A stretch of 64,000 bases of DNA. Origin: Torpedo marmorata. Taxonomy: Eukaryota. Under the pieces are notes generated by a model. The model worked only from the letters and a program-made list of their open reading frames with translations. It was not told where the DNA came from and made no database searches. The translations under genes and the position numbers were made by a program. Shown here piece by piece: positions 51,600-63,549 of the stretch; position 1 is the stretch's first letter, and each line of letters opens with the position of its first letter. The stretch covers positions 29,140,001-29,204,000 of the forward strand of contig OZ360229.1 of assembly GCA_977017645.1 (NCBI GenBank), given 5' to 3'.

Positions 51600-52000
51600 C
51601 TTTTTCCTCACGCTTGCCCACAAACTCCCCCGTTTCCCACGGCTCTCTCACCCCTTCCAACTGCCGCTCCAGCGTCGTTAACATTCCTTTTGGAGAAAAA
51701 GTTGAAGCAGCCAGAGAACTTTCCAGGATTTGCGGCCGGGCCCCGTTTCCGGGTCCTTACCATAACACGCTGCTGGAGGCGAGGTCTCGCCGAGGTCGCC
51801 TCCTCCTGCGACCCGCACCACTCCGGGCTACACGCCGGACGCTGCCCGCTGGCTGACCCCCCTTTTCCCTGTCGTTCCCGGTCACTTTCTCCCCGTCCCG
51901 GCAGATCCTCACCTGGACCAGGTGAGCACCGACGTCACGGGCTGCTCCAGGAAGGAAAAACATTAAAACAGGAAACGTGATGCAAATCCCGAGCATTGCA
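51600..52000 (-). promoter_or_regulatory. KDF1: CpG island; putative KDF1 promoter and 5' exon (donor after 51761)
   Basis: Unique CpG-rich island upstream of KDF1; minus-strand TTATG|GTAAGG donor; paired E-boxes 51910-51924 and CRE-like GACGTCA 51931-51937. Confidence 0.6.
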
Positions 52001-52189
52001 ATTTATTACCAAATGTTTCTCGCATAGAATTCTGTCCACTTTGTTTCACAGGCACCAGCCTCCTTCACCACACTCAACCCATTCAAGTTAGCACAGTGTG
52101 TTTAAAAATGGTAAATTATGTGATGAAAAGAACATTCTGCTGATCTTGAACTCAGTGTTGTTCAGCTGGGGTCTGAGCTGTGATGTCAG

Positions 52190-52576
52190 TGGAGAACAGA
52201 AGTTCTGCACAGGTGACAGCCCTATCTGAACAGGTCGCCCAGAGAGCAGGGACAGAAGTCAGGTGGTTAAAGGACCCGAATGTCGTGATGCGGGGTCTCG
52301 ATCTTTGGACTTGTGCAACAGACAGGGTAAGTGAAGACTGTTTGGCAAAGGGCAGTCTGACCACAGGAGGTCGTGACGTGCTTGGGAATATAGCGATACT
52401 CAGCAAGTATATACCTCCCAAATTTATACTCTCTTTTGCTTCTCTTTCTCTTATTGTTCGGGGCAACGCTCATGGAGACTCTTGGTTTGCCTTACGGCAG
52501 ACAAAAATGGAAGTAAATCATGTATATTACATTTTATGCATTATTACGTGACAATAAAAGAATATTGAACCTTGAA
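52190..52576 (+). mobile_element. Non-autonomous retroelement with the shared Rex1-like tail
   Basis: CTCTCTTTTGCTTCTCTTTCTC and TTTGCCTTACGGCAGACA..TTACGTGACAATAAAA, as in the 17370-18220 element. Confidence 0.55.
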
Positions 52577-52827
52577 AAGTTAAAGGTTTAGTTATAAAGC
52601 AAGACGTTAACTATTTACATGTTGTATTGCTAAGGTCTTGATACAAACTTTCATGACTTTGAAACTGACCGTTCACAGACCCATCACGTGACTCTGCTGT
52701 GCAACGGGGTCACAGTATAAACAAGCACACATTGAGAGGGTAGATTGAAATAGAATGGGGTGGTGGAAGTTACACTACGTATATTGAAGGGATAATGACT
52801 GTTCTCAGCAGTTATGAGCATGAATCC

Positions 52828-54612
52828 CAAAGACGGTGGAAAAGGGTGAAATTATTACTGGAAACAAGGAAATGGCTGAGGAATTTAACAAATACTTTGC
52901 ATCTGTCTTCACCAAAGAGGATATAGGTCATGCAGTATCAAGAGACTTGGGGAACTTTCCTGGGGAAGTAGGGAATCTGATGGATATCCGGATCCAGAAG
53001 CAGGAGGTTGTGAGTAAATTGTTGGGACTGAGGGCTGATAAATCCCCAGAGCCTGATGGGCTGCATCCCAGGGTGCTTAAAGAGGTTGCTCTGGAAATTG
53101 TGGAGGCACTGGTCGACATTTTCCAAAGTTCCATAGATTCGGGGGAGGTCCCTGTGGATTGGAGAGTGGCTGATGTGGTGCCGCTTTTTAAGAAGGGAGG
53201 GAGAAAACGTGAAATTATAGACCAGTCAGCCTGATGTCAGTGGTGGGGAAGATATTGGAATCTATCATAAAAGGAGTAATAGCAGAACACTTAGGCAGAG
53301 ATAATAGTATAAGGGCTAGTCAGCATAGATTCCTTAAGGGTAAATCATGCTTGACTAACCTTCTGGAATTTTTCGAAGATGTGACAAAGGGGGTGGACTT
53401 GGGAGAGCCAGTGGATGTGGTGTATTTGGACTTCCAGAAGGCCTTTGATAAGGTCCCACACGGGAGACTAGTGGGTAAGATCAGGGAGCATGGTATTGGA
53501 GGTAAGGTGCTGACATGGATAGGAAATTGGTTAAGAAATAGGAAATAAAGGGTTGGGATAAGCGGGTCATTTTCAGGATGGCAGGATGTGACAAGTGGAG
53601 TGCCGCAGGGATCGGTGTTGGGTCCTCAGTTATTTGTCATTTATGTAAATGATTTGGATGAAGGGATTATTAATAACATGAGCAAATTTGCAGACGACAC
53701 TAAACTGGGTGGCGGTGTAAAGTGTGAGGAGGATGTCAGGAAAATGCAGAGGGGCTTGGACAGGTTGGGGGAGTGGGCTGAGAAATGGAAGATGAAGTTC
53801 AATGTGAGCAAATGTGAGGTTATCCATTTTGGGGGCAGTAATAGGAAAGCTGAGTATTATTTAAATGGAGACAAGCTAGGGAGTGGGGAAGTGCAAATGG
53901 ATCTGGGTGTACTTGTACACCAGTCACTGAAGGCTAACATGCAGGTTCAGAAAGCTGTGAAGAAGGCAAATGGCATGTTGGCTTTCATAAAGAGGGGATT
54001 GGAGTATAGGAGCAGAGACGCCCTTCTGCAGTTGTACAGGGCCCTGGTGAGACCTCACCTGGAGTATTGCGTCCAGTTCTGGTCCCCAAATTTGAGGAAG
54101 GACGTACTAGCTATAGAGGGTGTGCAGCGTAGATTTACAAGGTTAGTTCCCGGGATGGCAGGATTGGCATATGCTGAAAGGTTAGAAAAACTGGACTTAT
54201 ATCCGATGGAGTTTAGAAGGATGAGGGGGGACATAATTGAGGTATACAAGATTATCAAGGGGATAGACAGGGTGAAATCGGATTACTTGTTCCCAATGAT
54301 GGGAGAGACAAGGACTAGAGGGCATAGTTTAAGAATACAGGGAAGGCCCTTTAGGACGGAGATGAGGAAAATTTTTTTACCCAGAGAAGTGTGAATCTGT
54401 GGAATGCTTTGCCATAGAGGGTGGTAGAGGCAGATTCGCTGATTATGTTCAAAAGAGAGTTAGATAAGACTCTAGTGGGCAGGGGAGTTAAGGGTTATGG
54501 GGATAAGGCTGGAAAGGGGTACTGATAGTAGTGATCAGCCATGATCTGTAAAATGGCGGTGCTGGCTCGACGGGCCGAAGGGCCTACTCCAGCTCCTATT
54601 GTCTATTGTCTG
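52828..54612 (+). mobile_element. 5'-truncated CR1 LINE with a few frameshifts/stops
   Basis: FNKYFASVFT, KSPEPDGLHPRVLKE, DFQKAFDKVPH, GVPQGSVLGP, KFADDTK; (CTATTGT)n tail. Confidence 0.93.
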
Positions 54613-54949
54613 CCTGGATCCAGGCTTAAGAACATCTTGGGGCTGGTGATGCATGGATGGTGAGGATCCAGTTGTTATTATTCAGGTAGAAAACTGTGGT
54701 ACTGGTAAGACAAAAGCTCAGCTGAGTGTTTTCCTGGTTAACGTAGCTGCCTTAACCTGGACAAGTGTATTCTGTCAAACTCTTGTTTGACTTGTGCTTT
54801 GAAGACAAACCCATGAAACTGTATTTGCACACTGTAACAACATATTATTCTTAGTTGGCACATGTGATTAAACCGCTGACCAGAGCCCATATCTCAAATG
54901 ATCATGGAGTAGTGAACAAATATCTCGCAGTGGTATAATGTGACAAGGC

Positions 54950-55730
54950 TGTGCCAATGCAGGATAATGGGCTTGTCACGTTGTACCTGTGAGTGTGATG
55001 GAATCCAGAACAGTGCTTTCAGTTTGGACCAATATTCGGAGGTTACCACATACAAGGATGGTTTTTGGGAAATTTAAGAAAATATAAGCAAGGAGCTTGA
55101 TAACAACTGAAGTAAAGGAGTGAATATCTACAATTAATTACAGGCGGAAACCATACCAGCATGAGGTGCAAGACAAAATCCTCACAACTTCACCAAGTGG
55201 CAGTGATGAATTTAGCCTACTTCACCAAGACCCAAGGTCTCAGAAATTGGAAGCAATAAAGCAGGCCAATTGGTGTCCTGAGTTACGAAACAATGGGTTC
55301 ATTCTAAGACATCTCCAATGACATTCAAGGACTCAACAGCAGGGAGAAAAGCTTGCTGTTACTATGGTCGTAAGCTATTGTTAGCCTGGGGAAGTACCTC
55401 GGTGTTTAGATCTGGTCATGAGAACCACATGGGAAATAATGCCTTTGTTTGAACTGTGAAGAGCAATCATTTCCACACTCCCCTGTACCTGATTGGCACA
55501 GCAACAGTCAATGGGATGCTGCACAATTGCTGGTGGAAAATGGAGATAATAGTGTTGCATCCAATAGTTACATGTAATTGGCCAACAACCTCCAGAATGG
55601 GTCAGACACATTGGACTCATTTGAGGAGAAAGAATCGGAGGAGATGGGTCCTGGTAACCAAATCCTCCTTTAACTCCTTTCAAAACCCCAGAACATTCAG
55701 AGACAGATGGCTGCCACAAGTCCAAGATCA
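54950..55730 (+). mobile_element. Possible very degenerate LTR-retroelement integrase remnant
   Basis: Scattered integrase-like fragments (LFEL...FHTP; WVLVT...DRWLP); no intact ORF. Confidence 0.25.
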
Positions 55731-56299
55731 ATCAATTTGTATATGAATACTGTGCATATGTATCATTTGTCTGTATGTGTGCTATGTCTGTGTATTTGTT
55801 TTCAATATTGTTTCATCGGGTTGTACTTGTACAGACAATTAATAAACTTGAACTTCATGTCTTGACATTATCTTTGCAATTAAAAGTATAAATAAATTTA
55901 CTTTTTATCAATTGTCAGTGGTGCATCTCTAATAAAAGTGTGAATTCAGCACAATACGACAAGTGCATTCTCTTGCAGTTGCAAAGTGTGGTGGGCCCAT
56001 TATCCTGTAATGCCATTATGTGATGAATCCATTGTCCTTCACTTGCAATGTGTGACAAAACCATTGACCTGCATTGGCATAGTGCAACAAACCTATTTTC
56101 CTCACAGTGATGAATTCATTTTCATGCATTGTCACAATGTGAAGAATGATTGTCCTACTTTGACACAGATCAGGAAACATGACAATCCCATTACACAGCA
56201 TCAACAGGGCACTCTGACGGTCCCACTACATAGGGTGGCGAGACAGTATAACAATTCAAACGGACAGTGTGACAAGACGCTGATACTGTTATTGACCCA

Positions 56300-56835
56300 G
56301 GCACTAGAACCATAGAACATTACAGAACAGAAACAGGCTCTTCGGCCCTTCTAGTCTGTGCCAAACTATTTTTCTGCCTAGTCCCACTGATCTACACCTT
56401 GTCCATAGCCCGCCATACCCCTCCCATCCACGTACCAGTCCAAATTCTTCTTAAATGTTAAAATGGAACCAGCATTCACCACTTCAGCTGGCAGCTCGTT
56501 CCACACTCCCACCACTCTCTGTGTGCAGAAGTTCTCCCTCATGTTCTCCCTAAACTTTTCCCCTTTCACCCTTAACCCCTGTCCTCTCGTTTGTATCTCA
56601 CCTACTCTCAATGGAAAAAGCCTACCTACATTTACTCGGTCTATACCCCTCATAATTTTAAACACCTCTATCAAATCTCCCTTCATTCTTCTACGCTCCA
56701 GGGAAAAATGTCCTAACCTGTTCAACCTTTCCCTGTAACTCAGTTCCTGAAGTCCGGGCAACATCCTGGTAAATCTTCTCTGCACTCTTTCAATCTTATT
56801 GATATCTTTCCTGTAGTTACGTGACCAAAACTACA
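56300..56835 (-). mobile_element. CR1 3' fragment
   Basis: QRRFTRMLPG..LERRRMKGDLIEVFKI..WNELPAEVV; same family as 2438-4122. Confidence 0.9.
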
Positions 56836-57183
56836 ATGCAGAATTCAAAAAAGTATCTTACTGAAGGTATGAATTAATTTTTTAATAGTTTGTTTTGTGC
56901 ACAAGGATTAACCCTCTTTTTTTGATTGAACACCAGTGGCTGAGTACATCCAATCCAATATTGTAGTCTCGACCAACAAATCATACTGTGACCAGTTAAC
57001 ATGACAGAATACATTAAACCAGACAGAATATGGACAGTGTTAAACAAGAAAACTTGCAGATGCTGGTGTCAAGTGCAATACACAAACATGCTGGAGAAAC
57101 TCAGCAGGTCATGCAGTATACATAGGAAGTAAAGGGTAACCAACGTTTTGAGCCTGGTCCCTTTTTCACGAATCAGTAGACAG

Positions 57184-57189
57184 TTTATT
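57184..57189 (-). terminator. Probable polyadenylation signal of the V-ATPase subunit d gene
   Basis: AATAAA on the minus strand about 255 nt after the stop. Confidence 0.5.
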
Positions 57190-57443
57190 ATTAGGATTGA
57201 ACATCTCCAATCGTGCTTCAATGTGGAACCACTTTCTCTGGACTAATCATGTAGACCAGCAGCGATCAAAGGCAGATTACTGGGTACAACTTCGGTGATA
57301 AGCAAAACACAGATTACTTGAGGTTTACGGGGAAGGGTGGTTACACAGATCAGTTACTGCAGCTGGTTATTGAAGATTAGTTGCTTAGTTACAGGAGTTG
57401 ATAACATTAGCACTGCTCCCATCTACCGTATGTGGCTATGCAG

Positions 57444-57605
57444 TTAGAATATGGGGATGTAGTTGTCAATCCGAGCACGATGCCTCTGGGCAATGCACTC
57501 TGCGATCCACACAATGTTCCGACACTCCTGCTCCTTCAACTTCATGTAAGCATGAAACACGCCAAAGTGAAACTGACTATCGAAGGCCAGCACATTGAGC
57601 TTCAC
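57444..57605 (-). CDS. V-type H+-ATPase V0 subunit d (ATP6V0D family), last exon: [53 protein letters not shown]
   Basis: caattctcag acceptor, 162 nt to TAA; diagnostic subunit d C-terminus. Confidence 0.95.
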   Translation of the reverse strand: MKLNVLAFDSQFHFGVFHAYMKLKEQECRNIVWIAECIAQRHRARIDNYIPIF

Positions 57606-58531
57606 CTGAGAATTGAGAAAATGAAAGCATTACAGCTGTGTGGCTGCAGTTGGCTGGAACTCTTATTCCATGCACGAGTACATATAGCCCTGGGTGAGTC
57701 AGTCAGTTATGTGTAGGGCTGGGGTGGGGGTTAGATTTCCTCAGCCAATCGCCCATGTCCTTATCCTGGGTTATTAGGACTGGGCCTTATTGATCTCGTT
57801 GCACCCCTGGTGTCATGGTGCACATTTCACTGATGTGGCAGGGAAACGTATTAATGCAGAGTAACGGATGTTTCGACCCAAAGCCTGGGTGTAGGATATT
57901 CTCCATGTTACAACACCTTAAACTAAAATCTACAACAATCCTTGGTTACTTCATATTCTTATTGATTGCAGTAGCTCAGAACATCCACCCTCTGCTATGG
58001 TCTGAGTCCAGATCCGGCTCCCAGAAAATGTATCCAAATTAAACAAACATCAAAATTTGGGGTAAGCTCAAACACCTCAGATTCAAGATCTACCCAACTG
58101 AAACACACTGGAATGATGGTTAATGGGGGTTGACGGGGAGGGGGTGGGGGTGGGAAGGGGGTGCTCAGGCAACAAGGAGCAAGAGGCGTAAGAGAATATA
58201 GGAAGGAGGAAACAAGGGGGGTGGAAGAGGAGGAGAAGAAGGACATGTGTTAGTGGAGGAGAGAGGGAGTGAGGGAAGCAGGGGGTGGGGCGAGAATGGA
58301 TGGAGACTGGGGGTGGAGAGTGGGGAAGAGAGGTCGGGTGAGCAGGGCATTGATGTTCTGGGTAGAGGGGTTGGGATGGGGAGGAATGGAAGCTGATGGA
58401 GTGTGGAGAGTGAGGAAAAGTAAAAAGGAGGTTGGGGTGAGCGTGGACACAGTGGGGAGGGAAAGGGCTGATCCAAGGGGTCTCAGAAGGATGTATGGAC
58501 AAGGGGATGAGTCGCCCAATAAGGCCTTTAC

Positions 58532-58609
58532 CTCATATTCAAAGAACTTATCCTCAAGGGTCTTCTCATCGGAATTCTTCCCTGCACCTTCAAACAAGTA
58601 TTTATATTC
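58532..58609 (-). CDS. ATP6V0D-family exon 7: EYKYLFEGAGKNSDEKTLEDKFFEYE
   Basis: tatcacag / gtaaag, 78 nt, phase 0. Confidence 0.95.
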
Positions 58610-59251
58610 CTGTGATACAGAAGAAGGAGAAAATCAGAAGTAGGTGGTATTTGGGGCTAATTGGACACACAGGTTTGGAACCCTACCTAATGACGTCAGA
58701 TGTCACAGCCAAAAGACCTAAGGGTGGGAAAGCACCAAGGATTGAGAGGAAGCCCAAAGACACATTGCATGGCCTGGGTGCAGTGTTGCTCCAGGGTTGT
58801 CTAGGGGGGAGGGCTTTTGGTGGTCTTGCCTGAAGTGTAGAATGTTAAAATGCACTGGGTCTTTACTATTTGACATGATCCCTGTTGCTGGCTGTTGTAA
58901 TACAAGACACTGCAGCAGTGGCCAGGAACTGGCCGGGCAGTGGGCAGATTTTAATTTTAGCCCCTTACTCAACACTTTCTGAGCTGTTAAGATACATTAA
59001 AAAGAACAATGCTCTCACTCCTCATCCAGTGAGCTCATTCCCAGTGACTCTCAGGGAGGCTCTCTGAGCGCCCACTGGAAAATAAAGACCACTCTCAGCC
59101 TTCTATCCAGACCAGGAAGCTATAGGTGCCTGACTGGTCTCCTTCACCCAGATACCTGTCAATGTCCATGGCCTGAATTGTAACCGTGGTGCGTTGTTAC
59201 TGAAATCAATGCTCGATCAATGTGAACTGAAGTATCAGGAAGAGAACGTAC

Positions 59252-59428
59252 CGCATAATATTCAGCAACGGCACGCACATGCTCAAAGTCTTCAGCGTTG
59301 GACAACAGAGCCAAACCATCAGGATGAAGCCGGCCACAGCAAGGGTATAGTGCAGACCGGTCCTCTCTACTCAGCTCAGTGCCAAAAGAATTTAGGGTGA
59401 TGATAAATGCACGGCGGTCAGCTTCAAA
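59252..59428 (-). CDS. ATP6V0D-family exon 6: [59 protein letters not shown]
   Basis: tccctctag / gtacgt, 177 nt, phase 0. Confidence 0.95.
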
Positions 59429-59729
59429 CTAGAGGGAGAAGTTACGGAGAAGTAAGATAGATCCCCAGAATGAGACCGTGTTCACAGAGAGACTGTCAGT
59501 ATCAGTCCCAGAAAGCACAGCACCAAAACATGACATCAGTCAGTATACAAGCCTCTTCCCAACTTATGCCATCAACAACCTTCCATTCTCACCCATACAT
59601 TTCTTGCACTTCTCTTTGAGCAACGATATTATTCACCTCCACCTCCCTTTTTGGTTGTGAGTCCCACACTCTTGCTACTCTCTAGGAGAAGAAGTTCCTC
59701 CCAAATTTTTTAATGGGTTTTAGTGATTA

Positions 59730-60200
59730 CTTTGGACAATGAAAATTTTGCTCCCTGAACACTTTGGGTGTGTTTTATGGATTTTAGGCTGCTGATCGCG
59801 AAAAACACCTTATAAATTTCCTATCACGTACCGCTTTTTAGATATAACCTATTTTTGTGATTTCCTGTCATATTTTAAGTCTACTTCAAGCCATAAAGTG
59901 CAACGCCCTGCATTCACACTTGGACTTCTTCCCTGCTGATCTTGGTGCAGTCAGTGACGAACATGGTGAAAGGTTTCACCAGGACATTGCAACCATGGAA
60001 AAGCGGTCTCAGGGCAATTATAATCCATCAATGCTGGCCGACTATTGTTGCACACTGACACGAGAGGCATCAGATGCTGAGTACAAATGAAAATCAGTGG
60101 CTAAACATTTTTAGATCAGTTGAACTAATGCTATCTGTCAGCATCATTCTGCGATTAAACATGCTAAATTCAATAAAAGTTAATTTAATTTCCCTTAGCT
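59730..60200 (+). mobile_element. Internally deleted DNA transposon (CMC/Chapaev3-like transposase C-terminus)
   Basis: LHSHLDFFPADLGAVSDEHGERFHQDIATMEK..PSMLADYC motif; superfamily assignment is from memory. Confidence 0.6.
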
Positions 60201-60204
60201 ACCT

Positions 60205-60830
60205 GCCAAACAACCCTGGGGAGATCTAGTATCAGATAATCCAGGAGTGAGAGGGACAATTTCAAAAATTTATAGCTCTATTCTGTCAATTAAAAGTCAT
60301 TCACTTTCCAAAATAAAGGCAGAATGAGAGCAAGAATTGGAAATGGAAATTGAGAAACTGTGGGAAGAGACTATTGAGAGAATTTGTTCCACCACCTCCC
60401 GCGCTCGCTTGGGACTGATTCCGTTAAAGGTGCTGTACAGGGTTCACTTTTCTAAATCCAGACTGTCAGCCATTTATCCTGAAATCGAGGACAAATGCAG
60501 TCGGTGTAATGTCTCCCCTTGTCACCTAAGTCACATGTTTTATCAGTGCCCCAAAATACAAGGGTTTTGGAGCAGAATCTTTAGCACATTATCCAAAATA
60601 TTTAAAGTCAATTTGCAACCCTACCCGTTGACTGTAATATTTGGAATCCCCGACAACTTCCCAAATTCCCTGTAGAAAGACGTGATAGCATTTACATCCC
60701 TATTAGCCAAGTGTCTAATGTTACACTGGAAGTCTGATAGGGGTCGCTCTATTACACAATGGATTAAGGATATCAGTTTCTTTATTAAACTGGAGAAAAT
60801 CAAATACACATTAAGAAAAAAATTGTTGTC
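60205..60830 (+). mobile_element. L1-like ORF2 C-terminal fragment
   Basis: KVLYRVHFSKSRL..CSRC..HMFYQCPKI zinc-binding region. Confidence 0.8.
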
Positions 60831-61771
60831 CGGTGTTATCCTATATTTCTGGCTACCAGTTTTGTACTCAGTTGCAAGTGGAAGTCCACCCCAGTAAATC
60901 CTTTCATAATGTAAAGCCCATGACCAATTTTCCCCTCAGTCTTCTCTTTTCCAAGAAAGAAACAACCTCAATCTATGCAACCTTTCTTGAAAATAATAGC
61001 TTCTATGTCTTTGTATGAAGCGAATCTCCAATCTTGCATCTGAACTTACTACATATTGAACCAAGACATACGCCCTTGCTTTCCAGATCTACCACTTTAG
61101 TAATCCCCATCCTTTCTGTGCTTTTTGTGGTCCCCTATTTATCATAAATTTTAATGATTTCATAGTACAGATTAGGAGCACACTGGTCCTCTTGACCCTG
61201 AAACCTACTGTCATTCAAATAAGATCAAGTCTGAGCCGATGGTAACTTCAATTCTGCACTCCCATCTCCCCCCACTAATGGTAGGTGCCTGGAACAAGCC
61301 GCCAGGTGTAGTGGTGGAAGAAGGTACAAACATAGTGTTTCTGAGGCTATTAGATATGCAGGGAATGGAGGGATCTGAACCATGTGCAGGCAGAAGAGAT
61401 TTAGTTTAATTTGGCATCATGTTCTGGTGGCCTGAGAGCCTGTTGCTGTGCTGTACTGCTCGACGCTCCAAGATCACTGGAAACCTTTTACTTCAGATGT
61501 CAATCTCAACAATTAATTTTTGTCAATCCAGTATTTTGCTGTTTGTCTCAAACCCCAGTCAGGTAAAACTTGCTCTAAGGTCAAGCAATCTTCAAAATCC
61601 CCCTACCCCACTGATTGGCCAGCTGGCAGAACCTCACTGACCTTCCTGTGACTGGGCACAACTCAGGCCTCTACTTTTTAAACGTCTGAATGGATTTGGT
61701 CTCACAAGGCCAGACTGCTGGAGTTACACTTTACAGATAAGCACAGTCGAAGAAGTTGTTAGTGTTCCTAC

Positions 61772-61849
61772 CTCCAGTATGGGGCACATCACCTGTTCAG
61801 TCTGTCCTCCCTGCTCTTGGCAGAAGCTGTAAAATGATTCCAGATAAGC
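61772..61849 (-). CDS. ATP6V0D-family exon 5: [26 protein letters not shown]
   Basis: ctgtttcag / gtagga, 78 nt, phase 0. Confidence 0.95.
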
Positions 61850-62054
61850 CTGAAACAGTAAAGTTAAGGCTCATGAGCAGAAAATCATTGATGAAATATC
61901 TTGGATTCATGTGGAGGTTTTAGAGAATAACAGACATCGAGAGTAAATGACAGACTGTGTTCTATTCAAAGGATTTAGGGGATGTTTGCATAGAATAACA
62001 TGCGCCTGGCAGATTTACATGCAGCAATCTACCCCTCGGATTTCATGCTGTTAC

Positions 62055-62134
62055 CTTGTAAAGTTTGTTTCGTAATATTTCAATATTGACTTCATCAAGG
62101 TCGTTCTCTGAGATGCAGTCTTGAAAGAAGGAAG
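62055..62134 (-). CDS. ATP6V0D-family exon 4: (A)[26 protein letters not shown]; exons 1-3 lie beyond the window
   Basis: cattcctcag / gtaaca, 80 nt, phase 1-0. Confidence 0.95.
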
Positions 62135-62294
62135 CTGAGGAATGAAAATCACCAAATTAATGTTCCGTGTAATCGTACCAATGCTGCAACAAAAACTGTC
62201 TTAGGACAACAATTCAGCTGCTCCTCTGTGAAGTCCCTTTGAAGGATGCCTACCTTGAAGAAGTTCTTCCTCACTGTCTTATGACCAGTGGCAC

Positions 62295-62660
62295 GGCATG
62301 GGCAGCACGGTTAGCGTAGTGGTTAGTGCAATGCTGTCACAGCGTCAGCGACCCGGGTCTGTAAGGAGTTTGTACGTTCTCCCCGGTTTCCTCCGGGTGC
62401 TCCGGTTTCTTCAAAACGTACAGGGGTTGTAGGTTAATTGGGGTAAACACACCAAAATGCTGGAGGAACTCAGCCCATCTTTTCAGCATCTACAGGTATA
62501 GGAGACAAATATATATTGCCGACGTTTCGGGCCTGACCCCTTCTTCAAGGAAAAATCAGAAAAGGCAGAAGCAGGATATATCAGAAAAGTAATTGGGGTA
62601 ATTTGACGACACGGGCTTGTGGGCCAGAAGGGCCTGTTACTGTGCTGTAAGGCTAAATTT
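62295..62660 (+). mobile_element. V-SINE interrupted by a Penelope terminal-repeat insertion
   Basis: GGCAGCACGGTTAGCGTAGTGGTTAGTGC head, V-domain, GGGCCAGAAGGGCCTGTTACTGTGCTGTA tail. Confidence 0.8.
62447..62589 (-). mobile_element. Penelope-type terminal repeat with minimal hammerhead ribozyme motif, 12-bp TSD
   Basis: TAATTGGGGTAA at 62435-62446 and 62590-62601; minus strand CC-UUGAAGA-A-GGGGUCAGGCCC-GAAA-CGUC-GG. Confidence 0.65.
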
Positions 62661-63394
62661 TAAAAAAATTAAGAAGTTCATTTTGTGTCAGAGCAAGTAT
62701 GCGGTACTGGCCACAGGAAGAGTCTCAACTCCCTGCAGATTTAAACAGGGGCAACTCCCTCACACTGACCAGATACACAGTAAAACATTCAATCCATTGC
62801 ATTGACACAGTGAGGGTTCTGGGCCTTCTGCTTGGACCTGTACCCAGAGAGACTCTCAGTCTCCTTTTCAGGTAGAACCTTGTGGCTACAAAAATGGGAA
62901 ACAGTTGGAAGGAACAATGAGGGAATAGACTCAGACAGAAAAGTGTAAAGACATTTGAAGTTAAGGCTGTGAGAATGTAGCTACTCTTAGCAAATGACAA
63001 ATAAGAAGTGTGTTCACATGGTACAGAATATTTTTAAAAGCGTGAATAAGAACTAAGCTATTAGCAGAAAAAAATGTGAAGACATGATCAGATTTATCAG
63101 TGAAAGAAAAAGCATGTTTTCACTATTTTCAACATATTTTTGCAATATGTTAGTATAAATTAGTAGTGGAAGCACTGCTTTTTATCTGAGTACCATTAAC
63201 ATTATTTCTGATAACTAAAGGTGATGTGACAAATATAATTTATATTTGATCCATGAGAGGGATCCATGAAAGCTGGATCCCAACCTCATCTGTCCATTGA
63301 AGGGAACTACAATGCTGGGTTGATTAAAATAAGCATCTTTGACATGCATCCTCTCCATCTGTTGCTAATACAAGTTTAATTTTTTTTTTAAAAA

Positions 63395-63549
63395 TTACGT
63401 AACAGGCCATTTCGGCCCACAGGTCCGTGCCGCCCAATTTACACCTAATTAACATACACCCCTGGTACGTTTTGAAGGGTGGGAGGAAACCGGAGCCCCC
63501 AGGGAAAACCCACGCAGACGCGGGGAGAACGTACAAACTCCTTACAGAC
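63395..63549 (-). mobile_element. V-SINE 3' part, abutting an L1
   Basis: V-domain and tail as in 30480-30705. Confidence 0.8.

Noticed and set aside
51058-51684. Repeat proteins or a CRISPR-like array
   Set aside because: A 27-bp tandem minisatellite with no unique spacers; ORFs are a by-product of a stop-free unit divisible by three.
55900-56300. Cys/His-rich ORFs as an agouti or other Cys-knot peptide
   Set aside because: No agouti cysteine spacing or RFF motif and no convincing splice sites.
58130-58490. Long Pro-rich and Gly-rich ORFs
   Set aside because: Purine-rich low-complexity intron between subunit d exons 7 and 8.
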